Source: an uncultured delta proteobacterium
GTDB lineage: Bacteria; Desulfobacterota; Desulfobaccia; Desulfobaccales; 0-14-0-80-60-11
Assembly: GCA_963812015.1 (NCBI GenBank)
Contig: CAWETI010000003.1
Location: 1,824,001-1,888,000 of the forward strand
Direction of reading: 5' to 3'
Length of the DNA: 64,000 nucleotides
The position numbers and the translations under genes were made by a program. Below are positions 27,894 through 39,190 of the stretch, piece after piece. The notes beneath the pieces were generated by a model. The model was not told where the DNA came from, did not search any database, and worked only from the letters and a program-made list of their open reading frames with translations. Numbering within the stretch: position 1 is the first letter of the stretch; each line of letters opens with the position of its first letter.

Positions 27894-28688
27894 ATGCTGC
27901 GAATCATCGTCTGCATCAAGCAGGTGCCCGAGACCCAGGAAGTCCGCCTGGACCCAGTGACCCACACCCTCAAGCGGGAGGGCATTGCGGCCATCATCAA
28001 TCCCTTTGACCTCTACGCCCTGGAAGAGGGGCTACGGGTCAAGGATTCCCAGGGGGGCACGGTGACGCTCATCACCATGGGTCCGCCCCAGGCCGACGCC
28101 GCGCTGCGGGAGGCCTTGGGTTACGGGGCCGATGCGGCGGTGCTCTTATCCGACAAGGCCTTTGCCGGGGCCGACACCTGGGCCACCGCCCTGACCCTGG
28201 CCCGGGCCATCGAGAAACTTGGCGGCGCCGACCTGATCTTTTGCGGCAAGCAGGCCATTGACGGCGACACCGCCCAGGTGGGCCCCATGCTGGCCACCAT
28301 CCTGGACATTCCCTACGTCGCCTGGGCCCGGAAACTATCATTTAGCGACGGCGGGAATCTCACGGTGGAGCGCCTCCTGGACCACGGCTATGACGCTGTG
28401 GAGACCAGCCTGCCGGCCCTGGTTACCGTGGTCAAGGAAATCAACGATCCCCGGGTGCCGTCCTTCAAGGCCAAACTCAAGGCCAAGAAAGAAGTTATCC
28501 CGGTGTGGGGTCTGGCTGACCTGAATCTTTCCGCCCAGGAGGTGGGCCTGAGCGGTTCTTTCACCCAGGTGGTGAAAGTCTTTCCTCCCCCCTCCCGGGG
28601 CACCCCGGAGATCTGGACCGGCGCCCCGGGGGAACTGGCGGCGCGCCTGTGGCAGCGGCTGAAGGAACAGAGCACAGCGCAATTGTAG
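27894..28688 (+). CDS. etfB: Electron transfer flavoprotein beta subunit
   Basis: IIVCIKQVP, INPFD, FAGADT, GKQAIDGDTAQVG. Confidence 0.96.
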   Translation: MLRIIVCIKQVPETQEVRLDPVTHTLKREGIAAIINPFDLYALEEGLRVKDSQGGTVTLITMGPPQADAALREALGYGADAAVLLSDKAFAGADTWATALTLARAIEKLGGADLIFCGKQAIDGDTAQVGPMLATILDIPYVAWARKLSFSDGGNLTVERLLDHGYDAVETSLPALVTVVKEINDPRVPSFKAKLKAKKEVIPVWGLADLNLSAQEVGLSGSFTQVVKVFPPPSRGTPEIWTGAPGELAARLWQRLKEQSTAQL

Positions 28689-28741
28689 GGGCGCACCCGC
28701 GTGTGCGCCCTAAAGAGGCGGACACATGGGTCCGCCCCTAC
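28685..28741. repeat. GTAG-family REP doublet (second copy 50592-50644)
   Basis: GTAGGGGCGCACCCGCGTGTGCGCCC..GGCGGACACATGGGTCCGCCCCTAC; the GTAG supplies the etfB stop. Confidence 0.8.
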
Positions 28742-28800
28742 AAAACATTTTAGATATTTTAGACCTCGTTGCTAAACCCAGTTTGAGAACCAGAGGTCAT

Positions 28801-28821
28801 GGTGGGCAGTGCCCACCCTAC
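28801..28821. repeat. Short REP palindrome GGTGGGCAGTGCCCACCCTAC (relatives at 21918, 40805, 40836, 54808, 61013)
   Basis: Six intergenic copies of a GGyGsGCAGTGCsCrCCCTAy-like consensus. Confidence 0.7.
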
Positions 28822-28888
28822 ATTTGGCGCTTTTTTAATCCTGGCTTTTGGCTGATAGCTGAAAGCTGACTGCTGATAGCTCCCATCC

Positions 28889-29629
28889 ATGGCCTTACAG
28901 GAAGACTTTGAAAAAATCGGGGAATACTTTTTCAGGTGGAGAAGCTATCTGCCGTTGGTCATGGCCGTTTTATTTATCCTGGCCCTGGCGCAGTTCCGGT
29001 ATCCCTTTGCCAGCCGCCGCCTGAATCTGGCCTGGGATGCCGGCTGTCTGGCGATTGCCCTCATGGGCCAGGTAGTCCGCTTCTTTACCGTGGGTTTTGT
29101 CCCCCGGGGGACCTCGGGCCGCAACACCCGGGGACAGGTGGCCGAGACCCTGAACACCACGGGCCTGTATTCTAGCGTCCGTAACCCCATTTATCTAGGC
29201 AACTTTATCATCTGGTTCGGCTTGTCTCTGTTCATGAAATCGGTGTGGTTCACCACGGTTATCATCCTGTGTTTCACGATATTCTACGAACGGATCATCT
29301 TTGCGGAAGAGACTTTTTTGCGGCAAAAGTTCGGCGACGCCTTTTTGCAATGGGCCGATGCGACCCCGCTCATCATTCCCCGGTTCAAGAATTGGCGGCC
29401 GCCGTCCCTGCCCTTCTCCTGGAAATCGGCCCTTAACCGGGAATACGGCACCTTTTTCGCCATCATCGTCACCTTTACGATCCTGGAATTGCTGGCCGGC
29501 CTGTTCAACTATGGAACATTGAGGATCGATGCCATCTGGGTAAAGCTCTTTATTTGCAGTGGGGTTCTCTATCTGACGATAAGGTATCTGAAGAAAAAGA
29601 CCAAGGTGCTGGCCACGGATGGAAGGTAA
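28889..29629 (+). CDS. ICMT/PEMT-family membrane methyltransferase (lipid A phosphate methyltransferase LmtA-like)
   Basis: FRWRSYLPL, GTSGRNT, LNTTGLYSSVRNPIYLGN, YERIIFAEETFL. Confidence 0.8.
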   Translation: MALQEDFEKIGEYFFRWRSYLPLVMAVLFILALAQFRYPFASRRLNLAWDAGCLAIALMGQVVRFFTVGFVPRGTSGRNTRGQVAETLNTTGLYSSVRNPIYLGNFIIWFGLSLFMKSVWFTTVIILCFTIFYERIIFAEETFLRQKFGDAFLQWADATPLIIPRFKNWRPPSLPFSWKSALNREYGTFFAIIVTFTILELLAGLFNYGTLRIDAIWVKLFICSGVLYLTIRYLKKKTKVLATDGR

Positions 29630-29676
29630 CTCAAGAAACCGGCATATCTGATCCCCTTAGATGAAGATGTTTTAAC

Positions 29677-30870
29677 ATGAGCCTGATCTTTTACTCTGAT
29701 AGATGTATCGCCTGCGGCCAGTGTGTGGAAGCCTGCCCCTTCGGGGTCTTGCGGTTGGAGGGGGAGGACCTCGTCATCGGCGAGGGCTGCAATCTCTGCG
29801 GCGCCTGCGTGGAGGTCTGCGAGGTTGAGGCCCTGGCCCTGCCCGAGACTGCGGGTCTTGCCCCCCGCCCCGGGGTGCCCCCCGACGGCGTCTGGGTCTT
29901 TGCGGAGCAACGCCGGGGTGAGTTGGCCCCGGTGACCGGCGAACTCCTGGGAGAAGCCCGGCGCCTGGCCGAGGTCTTGGACGTCAAGGTGGCGGCGGTC
30001 CTCCTGGGTGACAGGGTGGACCACCTGATCGAGGCTTTGTTTACCGCCGGGGCCCACAAGGTTTACGTAGCGGAGCACCCGCTCCTGGCGGATTTCATAG
30101 AAGAGAGCTATGCTGCGGCTTTGACCGAACTGGCCCGGAAATTTCAGCCCGAGATCATCCTGGCGGGGGCAACCTACCTGGGGCGGGCCTTTATCCCCCG
30201 GGTGGCCGCAGCGCTCAAAACCGGCCTCACCGCTGATTGCACCGCGTTTGCCATCGACCCGGACCAACGCCTGCTGCTCCAAACCCGCCCAGCGTTCGGC
30301 GGCAATATCATGGCCACCATCATCACTCCCCGGACCTATCCCCAGATGGCCACGGCCCGGCCCGGGGTCTTCAAGCCCGCAGCCCCCGCCGCCGCCCCGG
30401 TCGGAGAAGTGGTCCGGGTGGAGCCGGCGGACCTGGGCAAATCGCCCCGGAGCCGCTTTGTCGGCACCGTGGCGGAAATTAAGGACCGCATCCCCCTCAA
30501 TGCCGCGGAGGTCATCGTGGCCGGAGGCCGGGGTCTCAAAGAGGCCAAGCACATCAAGCTTCTGGAAGAACTTGCTGACTTGCTGGGCGGCGCGGTGGGG
30601 GCTACCCGGGGCGCGGTGGACGCAGGCTGGATACCCTATGCCCAGCAGATCGGCCAGACCGGCAAAACCGTGTCCCCCAAGCTCTACATTGCCGTCGGCA
30701 TCAGCGGCGCCACCCAGCACCTGGTGGGGATGCAGTCCTCCGATGTCATCGTGGCCATCAACAAGGACCCCCAGGCCCCCATCTTTCAGGTGGCCGATGT
30801 GGGTCTGGTGGGGGACCTGTTCGAGATCGTTCCGGCCCTGATCCAGGAGATCAAGAAAGACCGGGGCTGA
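29677..30870 (+). CDS. etfA: Electron transfer flavoprotein alpha subunit with N-terminal 2x[4Fe-4S] ferredoxin domain
   Basis: [54 protein letters not shown]. Confidence 0.95.
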   Translation: MSLIFYSDRCIACGQCVEACPFGVLRLEGEDLVIGEGCNLCGACVEVCEVEALALPETAGLAPRPGVPPDGVWVFAEQRRGELAPVTGELLGEARRLAEVLDVKVAAVLLGDRVDHLIEALFTAGAHKVYVAEHPLLADFIEESYAAALTELARKFQPEIILAGATYLGRAFIPRVAAALKTGLTADCTAFAIDPDQRLLLQTRPAFGGNIMATIITPRTYPQMATARPGVFKPAAPAAAPVGEVVRVEPADLGKSPRSRFVGTVAEIKDRIPLNAAEVIVAGGRGLKEAKHIKLLEELADLLGGAVGATRGAVDAGWIPYAQQIGQTGKTVSPKLYIAVGISGATQHLVGMQSSDVIVAINKDPQAPIFQVADVGLVGDLFEIVPALIQEIKKDRG

Positions 30871-31127
30871 ACCTTCCGGGGTTGGGCCGGGCCGCGACTT
30901 TGGCTGCCACCGGCCTCTTGTGGTGAAAATCGCTCCGTCAGGACGAGTCGACGGGACGACCCGGCCGGAAATCCGCCCACGTGAAAAAAAGTATAAGAAA
31001 CCTCTTTCAATTTCGGCGGATTCGATTTATGTAATTAAGCCAGCAGGCCTGAATTTCCAGAGGTGGAGGTTATTGGTTTGCCCTGAGCCTTAGACGACAG
31101 CCAACGGATACCCAGACAATATAAACT

Positions 31128-31874
31128 ATGAGTGAAACCAGCCGCATAGCCTTGGTGACCGGCGCCGCCCGGGGCATAGGCCGGGCCATTGCCCTGGAAC
31201 TGGCCCAACCGGGCCTGACCATCTATCTCAATGACGTGGTCCTCGGGGAAGAAGCCGCCAAGACCCAAAAAGAGGTGGAAGCCCGAGGAGCGTCGGCCCG
31301 GTTGGTGGAATTTGATGTAGCTGAGGCCACCACGGTTAACCAGGGCCTGGAATATATTCTCAAAGAAAGTGGCCGCATCGACATCCTGGTGAATAATGCC
31401 GGCATCACCCGGGACAACCTTATTGTCCGCATGAAAGAAACGGAATGGGATGCGGTCCTGGGAATCAACCTCAAAGGCGCCTTCAATTGTATCCGGGCCG
31501 TGAGCAAGCCCATGATCAAACAGCGGGGCGGGCGCATCATCAACATCAGTTCGGTGGTGGGCGTCATGGGAAACGCCGGCCAGGCTAATTATGTGGCTTC
31601 CAAGGCCGGCCTGATCGGGCTCACCAAGACGGTGGCCCGGGAACTGGCCTCCCGGAACATCACGGTCAACGCCGTGGCTCCGGGGTTTATCCAGACAGAA
31701 ATGACCGAGGCCTTGCCGGAGGCCACCAGACAGCTGATGTTGGCCCAGATCCCTCTGGGCCGCTTTGGCACCGCGGCGGAAGTGGCTCAGGCGGTGGCTT
31801 TCCTGGCTTCCGATGCTGCAGCCTATATCACCGGTCAGGTGATTCATGTCAACGGCGGAATGCTGATGGTTTAA
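31128..31874 (+). CDS. fabG: 3-oxoacyl-ACP reductase
   Basis: TGAARGIG, NNAGITRD, YVASK, VAPGFI; next to acpP. Confidence 0.96.
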   Translation: MSETSRIALVTGAARGIGRAIALELAQPGLTIYLNDVVLGEEAAKTQKEVEARGASARLVEFDVAEATTVNQGLEYILKESGRIDILVNNAGITRDNLIVRMKETEWDAVLGINLKGAFNCIRAVSKPMIKQRGGRIINISSVVGVMGNAGQANYVASKAGLIGLTKTVARELASRNITVNAVAPGFIQTEMTEALPEATRQLMLAQIPLGRFGTAAEVAQAVAFLASDAAAYITGQVIHVNGGMLMV

Positions 31875-31896
31875 GAAAAGAGGAGGTTTTTGAACA

Positions 31897-32133
31897 ATGG
31901 GAGCAATAGACGAAAAGGTGATCGACATAATCGTAGACAAATTGGGCGTGGATCGTTCCGAAGTCACGCCTGAAGCCGTATTTGTCGATGACCTCGGGGC
32001 TGATTCCCTGGACCTGGTGGAACTGATCATGGCCATGGAAGAAGAGTTTGGCATGGAAATCGCGGATGAAGACGCGGAAAAACTGAGGACCGTTCAGGAT
32101 GTCACCAGCTTCATCTCCGCCCGGGCCGGCTGA
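31897..32133 (+). CDS. acpP: Acyl carrier protein
   Basis: [20 protein letters not shown]. Confidence 0.97.
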   Translation: MGAIDEKVIDIIVDKLGVDRSEVTPEAVFVDDLGADSLDLVELIMAMEEEFGMEIADEDAEKLRTVQDVTSFISARAG

Positions 32134-32584
32134 GCCGGAAATCATCGCCATCGGCTGCGATCACGCCGGCCATGGCTTGAAACGGGAAATTCTCAAATTA
32201 TTGCACGAACTCAAGGTGCCCGTGGAGGACCTCGGCTGCGCCAGCCCGGATGAATCGGTACATTATCCGCTCTACGGCAAAAAAGTAGTGGATGCGGTGT
32301 TGGCGCGGCCCCACGCGCGGGGTATACTTATTTGTGGCACCGGACTAGGCATGAGTATCATGGCCAACCGGTTCCCCGGCATCCGGGCCGCCCTTTGTCA
32401 TGAAATCTTTAGCGCCATGATGAGCCGACGCCACAATGACGCCAATATGCTGGTTATGGGGGGACGCGTCATCGGGCCGGACCTGGGCAAAGAAATCGTC
32501 AGAACCTGGCTCGGCACCCCCTTTGAAGGCGGCCGCCACCAGGAGCGTTTGGATCTACTGGAACGGTTGGCCCAAGAGGCTTAA
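32099..32584 (+). CDS. rpiB: Ribose-5-phosphate isomerase B (start uncertain, overlaps acpP)
   Basis: [27 protein letters not shown]. Confidence 0.92.
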   Translation: MSPASSPPGPAEPEIIAIGCDHAGHGLKREILKLLHELKVPVEDLGCASPDESVHYPLYGKKVVDAVLARPHARGILICGTGLGMSIMANRFPGIRAALCHEIFSAMMSRRHNDANMLVMGGRVIGPDLGKEIVRTWLGTPFEGGRHQERLDLLERLAQEA

Positions 32585-32604
32585 TCTTTAGGAGTCTTTA
32601 CCGG

Positions 32605-33933
32605 ATGGATGACCTGGCTCACACAGACCCTGAAATCTATGCTGTCATTGAGCGTGAGCGCCAGCGCCAACTGAACAAGTTGGAGATGATTGCCTCCGAA
32701 AACTTTGTCAGTGGCGCGGTACTTGAGGCCCAGGGTTCCATCCTGACCCATAAATACGCCGAGGGGTATCCGGGCCGGCGCTTTTACGGGGGCTGTGAAT
32801 ATGTCGATACCGCGGAAAATTTGGCCCTGAGCCGGGTCAAGGAGCTCTTCGGGGCGACTTACGCCAATGTGCAGCCCCATTCCGGCACTCAGGCCAATAT
32901 GGCCGTTTATTTTTCCTTCCTCAAGCCCGGTGATACCATCCTGGGCATGGACCTGGCCCACGGCGGCCATCTGAGCCATGGCGCCTCGGTAAATTTCTCC
33001 GGCCGCCTGTTCAAGGCTATCACTTACGGCGTGGATCGCCGCACCGAAGAAATCGACTTTGAGGTGGTGGCGGAACTAGCCCGGCAGCACCGCCCCAAGA
33101 TGATCATCGCCGGGGCCAGCGCCTATCCCCGCTTACTGGATTTCGGGCGTTTTACGGAAATTGCCCGGGAGGTGGAGGCGTATCTCATGGTGGATATGGC
33201 CCATATCGCCGGGTTGATCGCCGGTGGCCTCCATCCCAATCCCTTGCCGGCGGCGGATTTTGTCACCTCCACCACCCATAAAACCATGCGCGGTCCCCGG
33301 GGCGGCCTCATCCTGGCCCAACCCCAATACGGCAAAGCCCTGGACAGCCAAATCTTTCCGGGGATTCAGGGCGGCCCCCTCATGCACATCATCGCCGCCA
33401 AGGCGGTGGCCTTCAAGGAAGCCCTGGCGCCTTCTTTCCGGGTCTACCAGGAGCAGATCGTGGCCAATGCCCGGACCCTGTCCCGGGAATTTCTCAAGCA
33501 GGGATACCGCCTGGTGGCAGGCGGTACCGACACCCATCTCATTCTGATGGACCTGACTCCCACCAACCTCACGGGCCGAGAGGCGGAAGAGGCCCTGGAC
33601 CTGGCCGGCATCACGGTCAACAAAAACGCCATCCCCTTTGACCAGCGGCCACCCCGCATCACCAGCGGCATTCGCCTCGGCACCCCGGCCTTGACCACCC
33701 GGGGCATGAAGGAACCGGAGATGGAGATCATCGCCGGACTCATTCACCAGGCTCTGTCGTCGCCCAAGGATACCGCCCGTCTCCAGAAGCTGGAAGCCCA
33801 GGTGAAAGAACTCTGCCGGAGTTTTCCCAAGCTTTTTTCCGAAGAATGGCTGAGTGACCACCCAGCCCCCTCCTGCGCCGCCTGCGGTTCCTCTGGGCAG
33901 ACCCCCCATCCCAACCCGCGCCTTTCCGGCTAA
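32605..33933 (+). CDS. glyA: Serine hydroxymethyltransferase
   Basis: [36 protein letters not shown]. Confidence 0.98.
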   Translation: MDDLAHTDPEIYAVIERERQRQLNKLEMIASENFVSGAVLEAQGSILTHKYAEGYPGRRFYGGCEYVDTAENLALSRVKELFGATYANVQPHSGTQANMAVYFSFLKPGDTILGMDLAHGGHLSHGASVNFSGRLFKAITYGVDRRTEEIDFEVVAELARQHRPKMIIAGASAYPRLLDFGRFTEIAREVEAYLMVDMAHIAGLIAGGLHPNPLPAADFVTSTTHKTMRGPRGGLILAQPQYGKALDSQIFPGIQGGPLMHIIAAKAVAFKEALAPSFRVYQEQIVANARTLSREFLKQGYRLVAGGTDTHLILMDLTPTNLTGREAEEALDLAGITVNKNAIPFDQRPPRITSGIRLGTPALTTRGMKEPEMEIIAGLIHQALSSPKDTARLQKLEAQVKELCRSFPKLFSEEWLSDHPAPSCAACGSSGQTPHPNPRLSG

Positions 33934-34060
33934 CCCCGTTGCTGCTGCCTCCTTTCCTTGAGATGCCTGGATAGGGGCGCCGCCGAGCAATTTTTTTTTC
34001 CGTTCGCATGACCCATGAATTTGCCCTTTACTGGGGATCATTTTTATTGGAAGATATGTC

Positions 34061-34537
34061 ATGCGTTGTCCCTACTGCCATAGCACCAACAACAAGGTCA
34101 TAGATTCCCGTCCCAGCCGGGAGGCCAACGCCATCCGGCGGCGGCGCGAATGCCTCCACTGCCAGCGGCGCTTCACCACCTATGAACAGGTGGAAGAAAG
34201 CATGCCGCTGGTCGTCAAAAAAGACGGGCGCCGGGAACCCTTTCAGCGTGCCAAGCTTTACGAAGGCATCACCAAGGCCTGCGAAAAACGGCCGGTGTCC
34301 ATCGACGCCGTCGAGAATTTCCTCGACAGTCTGGAACGTGAGATGCTGGAGTCCGGCCAGCGGGAAATCGCCTCCACCTGGATCGGCGAACGGGTGATGG
34401 CTCAGTTGCGCCAGTGGGACGAAGTGGCCTACGTGCGCTTTGCCTCGGTGTACCGTCATTTCACCGACGCCACCGACTTTATGGAAGAGATTCGCCACCT
34501 CCTGGCCAGCCGGAAGGGGGAGAAGGGGAAGCCATGA
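34061..34537 (+). CDS. nrdR: Transcriptional repressor NrdR
   Basis: MRCPYC..DSR..RRRREC..RFTTYE; ATP cone; VAYVRFASVY. Confidence 0.97.
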   Translation: MRCPYCHSTNNKVIDSRPSREANAIRRRRECLHCQRRFTTYEQVEESMPLVVKKDGRREPFQRAKLYEGITKACEKRPVSIDAVENFLDSLEREMLESGQREIASTWIGERVMAQLRQWDEVAYVRFASVYRHFTDATDFMEEIRHLLASRKGEKGKP

Positions 34538-34619
34538 TTTGAGGGGACGGCCGGAGGACGTCTTCCGTACTTCCGTAAGGGTCCCCCGCCCTCCCCTCAG
34601 ACTTCCCTCCCAGCCCCTT
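34536..34619. repeat. ~85-bp G/C-rich palindromic intergenic repeat (copies at 37024-37108 inverted and 39126-39189)
   Basis: TTTGAGGGGA..GGACGTCTT..CGTAAG..CCCCGCCCTCCCCTCA(G/A)ACT(T/C)CCCTCCCAGCCCC shared between loci. Confidence 0.75.
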
Positions 34620-34754
34620 TATTGACACAGTGAGGGGGTCTCTTTCACAAGCTCCTGATAGGAAACGTCAATTTTTGACCCAAGCTCGGCTTGGGCACCT
34701 CAGGAGTTGAGAGACGACGACGCGACAGGATGCATCAGCGTTCAGGGAGGAAGG

Positions 34755-35144
34755 ATGAGCAGCACGAGATATGAGCGCGGCTGGAAAAAACTGCTGGAGA
34801 TCGACAAGGAGGCGGGAGAGCGGGTCATGGATGCCTTAAAAAATATTGCCCCGGACCTGGCCCGTTACACCATTGAATTCCCCTTTGGCGACATCTATTC
34901 CCGTCCCGGCCTGGACCTCAAATCTCGGGAGATCGCCACGGTGGCCGCCCTCACCGCCCTGGGCAACGCCGCCCCCCAATTGAAAGTGCACATTTACGCC
35001 GCCCTCAACGTGGGCTGCACCCGGGCGGAGATTGTCGAGGTTATCATTCAAATGGCGGTCTATGCCGGTTTTCCAGCCGCCATCAACGGTATGTTTGCCG
35101 CCGAGGAAGTCTTCCAAGAACGCGACGAGAAAGGACAATCTTAA
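34755..35144 (+). CDS. Carboxymuconolactone decarboxylase (CMD/AhpD-like) family protein
   Basis: [28 protein letters not shown]. Confidence 0.9.
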   Translation: MSSTRYERGWKKLLEIDKEAGERVMDALKNIAPDLARYTIEFPFGDIYSRPGLDLKSREIATVAALTALGNAAPQLKVHIYAALNVGCTRAEIVEVIIQMAVYAGFPAAINGMFAAEEVFQERDEKGQS

Positions 35145-35281
35145 TTCCGGTTAATTCTGGTTGCCAAACAGGAGCTTGGGAACCAGAAAAAATGCCCTTC
35201 CAGCCCCCCTTTATGGGGGTTAGAGGAAAGGGCCTCGGAGAGGCCCTGATAAAAACCCCCTCTCCCCAAACGAGGACTGTC

Positions 35282-36376
35282 TTGGATACCAACGCGACTT
35301 ACATGAAGCTGGCCCTGAACCTGGCCGCCCGGGGGGCGGGCTGGGTATCGCCCAACCCCATGGTGGGGGCGGTTGTGGTCAAAGACGGTCAGGTAGTGGG
35401 CCGGGGCTACCACCGCCGGGCCGGCCTGCCCCATGCCGAGGTGGAGGCTTTGCGGGCCGCGGGAGAGGCCGCCCGAGGCGCCGACTTATATGTCACCCTG
35501 GAGCCTTGCAACCATCAGGGGCGCACTCCCCCGTGCACCCACGCCATCCTGGCGGCCGGGGTGCGCCGGGTAGTCATCGGCAGCCGGGACCCCAATCCCC
35601 AAGTAACCGGCGGCGGCGCCGAGTTTCTGACCGCGCGGGGGGTGGACGTGGCCGAGGGAGTGCTGACCGCCGAGGCCCGGCGTTTGAACGAAGCCTGGTT
35701 TCATTATGTGACTACCGGCCGCCCCTGGGTCATGGCCAAGGCGGCCTGTTCCCTGGATGGCAAGATCGCCACCGTGGGGGGCGAGAGCCAGTGGCTCACC
35801 GGCCAGGCCGCCCGGGGCCTGGGGCACCGCCTCCGCCATCGGGTGGATGCCATCGTCGTGGGGATCGGCACGGTGCTGGCCGACGATCCCCAGCTCACCA
35901 CCCGGCTGCCCCGGGGCCCGAGTCAGGACCCCATCCGCATCGTCCTGGACAGCCGCCTGCGCCTGCCCTTAACGGCCCGGCTGCTTAACCTGGACTCGGA
36001 GGCCCCCACCTGGGTGGCCACCACCGGCCAGGCCCCGCCGGACACGATCCGTGCCATCAAGGCGCAGGGGGCCCAGGTCCTGGTGCTGCCCGGGGACGCC
36101 GGGCGGGTCTCCCTCCCCGCCCTGCTGGAGCACCTGGGGGCCCGCCAGGTTCAAAGCCTCCTGGTGGAAGGCGGGGCCGAAACCCTGGGGGCTTTTTTCG
36201 ACCAGCGTTTGGTCAATCAGTTTTATTTTTTCTATGCCCCCAAAATCCTGGGAGGCCAGAAAGCCCCGGGAGCGGTGGGCGGCCATGGGATCACCCATCT
36301 GGGGGACGCCCATATCGCCCGGGACCTCCGCGTCCGCCGTCTGGGCGGCGACCTGTTGGTGTCGGGATATTTATAG
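35282..36376 (+). CDS. ribD: Riboflavin biosynthesis deaminase/reductase RibD
   Basis: PNPMVG, HAE, TLEPCNH..PPC, SLDGK, VEGG; TTG start with GAGGA RBS. Confidence 0.96.
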   Translation: MDTNATYMKLALNLAARGAGWVSPNPMVGAVVVKDGQVVGRGYHRRAGLPHAEVEALRAAGEAARGADLYVTLEPCNHQGRTPPCTHAILAAGVRRVVIGSRDPNPQVTGGGAEFLTARGVDVAEGVLTAEARRLNEAWFHYVTTGRPWVMAKAACSLDGKIATVGGESQWLTGQAARGLGHRLRHRVDAIVVGIGTVLADDPQLTTRLPRGPSQDPIRIVLDSRLRLPLTARLLNLDSEAPTWVATTGQAPPDTIRAIKAQGAQVLVLPGDAGRVSLPALLEHLGARQVQSLLVEGGAETLGAFFDQRLVNQFYFFYAPKILGGQKAPGAVGGHGITHLGDAHIARDLRVRRLGGDLLVSGYL

Positions 36377-36500
36377 GGCAGACTATATAACCGGGTGGGA
36401 TGGCTTTATACCAGTTTCCCCGGAAAATGCCAGGAACAATCTGTTTAACTTATTGTTATGATTTATTCTTCTAACAGAAAACTGAAAACCGCAAACGGTA

Positions 36501-36992
36501 TTAAAGGTCAAGTCGATAGGCGATGGGCCCCGGATCCCCGTCGAATTCCGGGGCCCGCTTGAAACCCATTTTTTCATAGAGATGCCGGGCGACCGCCATA
36601 AAAGTCCCGGTGTAGAGGTAAATGGTGCGAACCTGGAGCTCCCGGGCCCGGTCCAGGCAGAATAGGGTCAGCAGGTTGCCATATCCTCGACCCCGGCTGG
36701 CAGGACGCACGGCCAGCAGTCTGATTAACCCCGCTCCGGCCGGCCACTGCCCCTGGTGAGCCTGGCCGGCATCGGGGTAAAAGGTCACGGCTCCCTCGAT
36801 CCTGCCCCCCTGCTCCGCCACCAGCACCATGCCTCCGGGTCCATGCATCGCCTCACTGATGTTATCCATCCACCTATTCCAGGCAGCCTCCGGCATGAGG
36901 GGCTGGAATTCCCGGTAGGCGTCTTTCACCAGGTTTTCAACCTTATGCAATTCCTCTGCTCCGGCCTCCCGGATTCGGATTTCCTGCGCCAT
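36501..36992 (-). CDS. GNAT-family acetyltransferase
   Basis: RLLAVRPASRGRGYG, ARHLYEKMGF. Confidence 0.88.
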   Translation of the reverse strand: MAQEIRIREAGAEELHKVENLVKDAYREFQPLMPEAAWNRWMDNISEAMHGPGGMVLVAEQGGRIEGAVTFYPDAGQAHQGQWPAGAGLIRLLAVRPASRGRGYGNLLTLFCLDRARELQVRTIYLYTGTFMAVARHLYEKMGFKRAPEFDGDPGPIAYRLDL

Positions 36993-37126
36993 AATCTGCC
37001 TGCTCTGAAAGGTTGATGGCTTCACCCCCTTTCAAGGGGGCTGGGAGGGGAGTTTGAGGGGAGGGCGGGGGGCTCTTACGAAAGACGTCCCCCAGCCCTC
37101 CCCTCAAAATATTCAAGTTCCATACT

Positions 37127-37924
37127 CTACTTCCCCCGCAGAGGCGCCTTGAGGGCGGCAATGAAATCGCCCACCTCTTTGATCAGTTCTTTTCCCCGCA
37201 GTCTGGCCACCCTCTGGACGATGGCGCTGCCCACCACCACTCCGTCCACATAGGGAGCCAACCCGGCCACCTGCTCCGGGGTGGAGATACCGAACCCCAC
37301 GGCCAGGGGGCATTTCACCAAAGCGCGCACTTCCTGCAGCGATGCCGCCAGGTCCGGGGGCAGCTCCGTGCGGGCCCCGGTAATCCCGGTCACCGAGACA
37401 TAGTAAAGAAACCCCTTGGTGAGGCGCCCCAGGGTCTTGATGCGTTCAGCGCCGCTGGTGGGCGCCGCCAGAAAAATGGTGGCAATATTGGCATTTAAGG
37501 CCGCCACCCGCCAGGGCCCCGCTTCCTCCGGGGGCAAATCCGGGATGATGAAGCCGTCCACCCCGTTGGCGGCAGCCGCGGCCGCGGTGCGCTCTAACCC
37601 ATATTGCAATATGGGGTTGTAGTAGCCCATAAGGATGAGAGGAATCTGGGTGTGGGCCCGCAAGTCCCCAGCCAGTTTCAGGACGTCCTCCAGATGGACC
37701 CCCCCCTGCATGGCCCGGAGGCTGGCGGCCTGAATGGTGGGGCCGTCGGCCAGAGGATCGGAGAAAGGCACCCCCAATTCCAGGATATCCGCGCCCCGGG
37801 CGGCCATCTCCAGGGCCAGAGCCCGGCTGGTGGCAATATCCGGGTCTCCCGCGGTGATGAAGGGAATGAGGGCCTTCCCGCCTTTAGCCTTGAGCTGCTT
37901 GAATACCCTGTCAATGCGCGTCAC
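37127..37924 (-). CDS. trpA: Tryptophan synthase alpha
   Basis: [28 protein letters not shown]. Confidence 0.98.
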   Translation of the reverse strand: MTRIDRVFKQLKAKGGKALIPFITAGDPDIATSRALALEMAARGADILELGVPFSDPLADGPTIQAASLRAMQGGVHLEDVLKLAGDLRAHTQIPLILMGYYNPILQYGLERTAAAAAANGVDGFIIPDLPPEEAGPWRVAALNANIATIFLAAPTSGAERIKTLGRLTKGFLYYVSVTGITGARTELPPDLAASLQEVRALVKCPLAVGFGISTPEQVAGLAPYVDGVVVGSAIVQRVARLRGKELIKEVGDFIAALKAPLRGK

Positions 37925-39104
37925 CGGACACCTCCATAGCTTCGGCCACTGCGTCTACGTCCTTGTCACCCCGGCCGGAAAGATTGACGATAATGATGTC
38001 ATCGGCGGTATACTCGGGGGCCAGCCGCGAAAGATAGGCGATGGCATGGGCGCTTTCCAGGGCCGGGAGAATCCCCTCGGTCCGGGAGAGCAGGCTGAAC
38101 CCCGCCAGGGCATCGGTGTCCGTCACCGCCACGTATTCGGCCCGGGCCTGGTCTTTGAAAAAGGCGTGCTCCGGGCCCACGCCGGGATAATCCAGCCCCG
38201 GCGCCAGGGAGTGGGCCTCCTGGATATTGCCCCAGGGGTCTTGTAAGAGGTAGCTAAAGGCTCCGTGCAGGACACCCACCGTGCCGGCCACCAGGGTGGC
38301 GGAGTGGTGCCCGCTGTGGACCCCATGCCCCGCAGCCTCGACTCCCACGAACCGCACCGGGTCGTCCCGGAAGACATGGAACAGCCCCATGGCGTTGCTG
38401 CCGCCCCCCACGCAGGCCACCAGGCATTGGGGCAGCTTGCCGGTCCGCCGCCGCAACTGGCTCCGGGCCTCCCGCCCGATCACCGCCTGAAAATCCCGGA
38501 CGATCATCGGGTACGGGTGCGGTCCGCCCACGGACCCCAGGACATAGTGGGTATGGCGCACGTTGGTGACCCAATCCCGGATAGCGTCATTCATGGCATC
38601 CTTCAGGGTGCGGCTGCCCGACTCCACCGGCACCACCTTGGCCCCCAACAGACGCATGCGAATAACGTTGAGGCGCTGGCGCCGGATGTCTTCAGTGCCC
38701 ATGTAGATGTCGCACGACAGCCCCAACAGGGCCGCCACCGTGGCGGTGGCCACTCCGTGCTGACCTGCCCCGGTCTCGGCGATGAGCCGGGTTTTGCCCA
38801 TGCGCCGGGCCAACAACCCCTGTCCCAGGGTGTTGTTGATCTTGTGCGCCCCGGTGTGGGCCAGGTCCTCCCGCTTGATGAAGATCTGCGGGCCCCCCAA
38901 CTCTGCGGTCAGATGCCGGGCGAAATACAGGGGCGTGGGACGGCCCACGTAATCTTTGAGATACCAGGACAACTCCTGGCGAAACTCCCTGGTGCGGCTG
39001 ATCTTGCGATACGCCTCCTCCAACTCCAACAAGGCCGGCATCAGGGTCTCCGGCACAAACCGACCCCCATACCGCCCATACCTGCCATGCCGATCCGGTA
39101 ACAA
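37911..39104 (-). CDS. trpB: Tryptophan synthase beta
   Basis: [39 protein letters not shown] start after AAGGAGG. Confidence 0.98.
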   Translation of the reverse strand: MLPDRHGRYGRYGGRFVPETLMPALLELEEAYRKISRTREFRQELSWYLKDYVGRPTPLYFARHLTAELGGPQIFIKREDLAHTGAHKINNTLGQGLLARRMGKTRLIAETGAGQHGVATATVAALLGLSCDIYMGTEDIRRQRLNVIRMRLLGAKVVPVESGSRTLKDAMNDAIRDWVTNVRHTHYVLGSVGGPHPYPMIVRDFQAVIGREARSQLRRRTGKLPQCLVACVGGGSNAMGLFHVFRDDPVRFVGVEAAGHGVHSGHHSATLVAGTVGVLHGAFSYLLQDPWGNIQEAHSLAPGLDYPGVGPEHAFFKDQARAEYVAVTDTDALAGFSLLSRTEGILPALESAHAIAYLSRLAPEYTADDIIIVNLSGRGDKDVDAVAEAMEVSGDAH

Positions 39105-39190
39105 GATGAACCTCCTTGGATAGGTTTTGAAGGGCGGACCGGGGGACACGAGTCCCCCGCCCTCCCCTCAAACTCCCCTCCCATCCCCCT

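Noticed and set aside
35145..35281. FMN riboswitch upstream of ribD
   Set aside because: The region consists of REP-like palindromes; no RFN consensus is visible.
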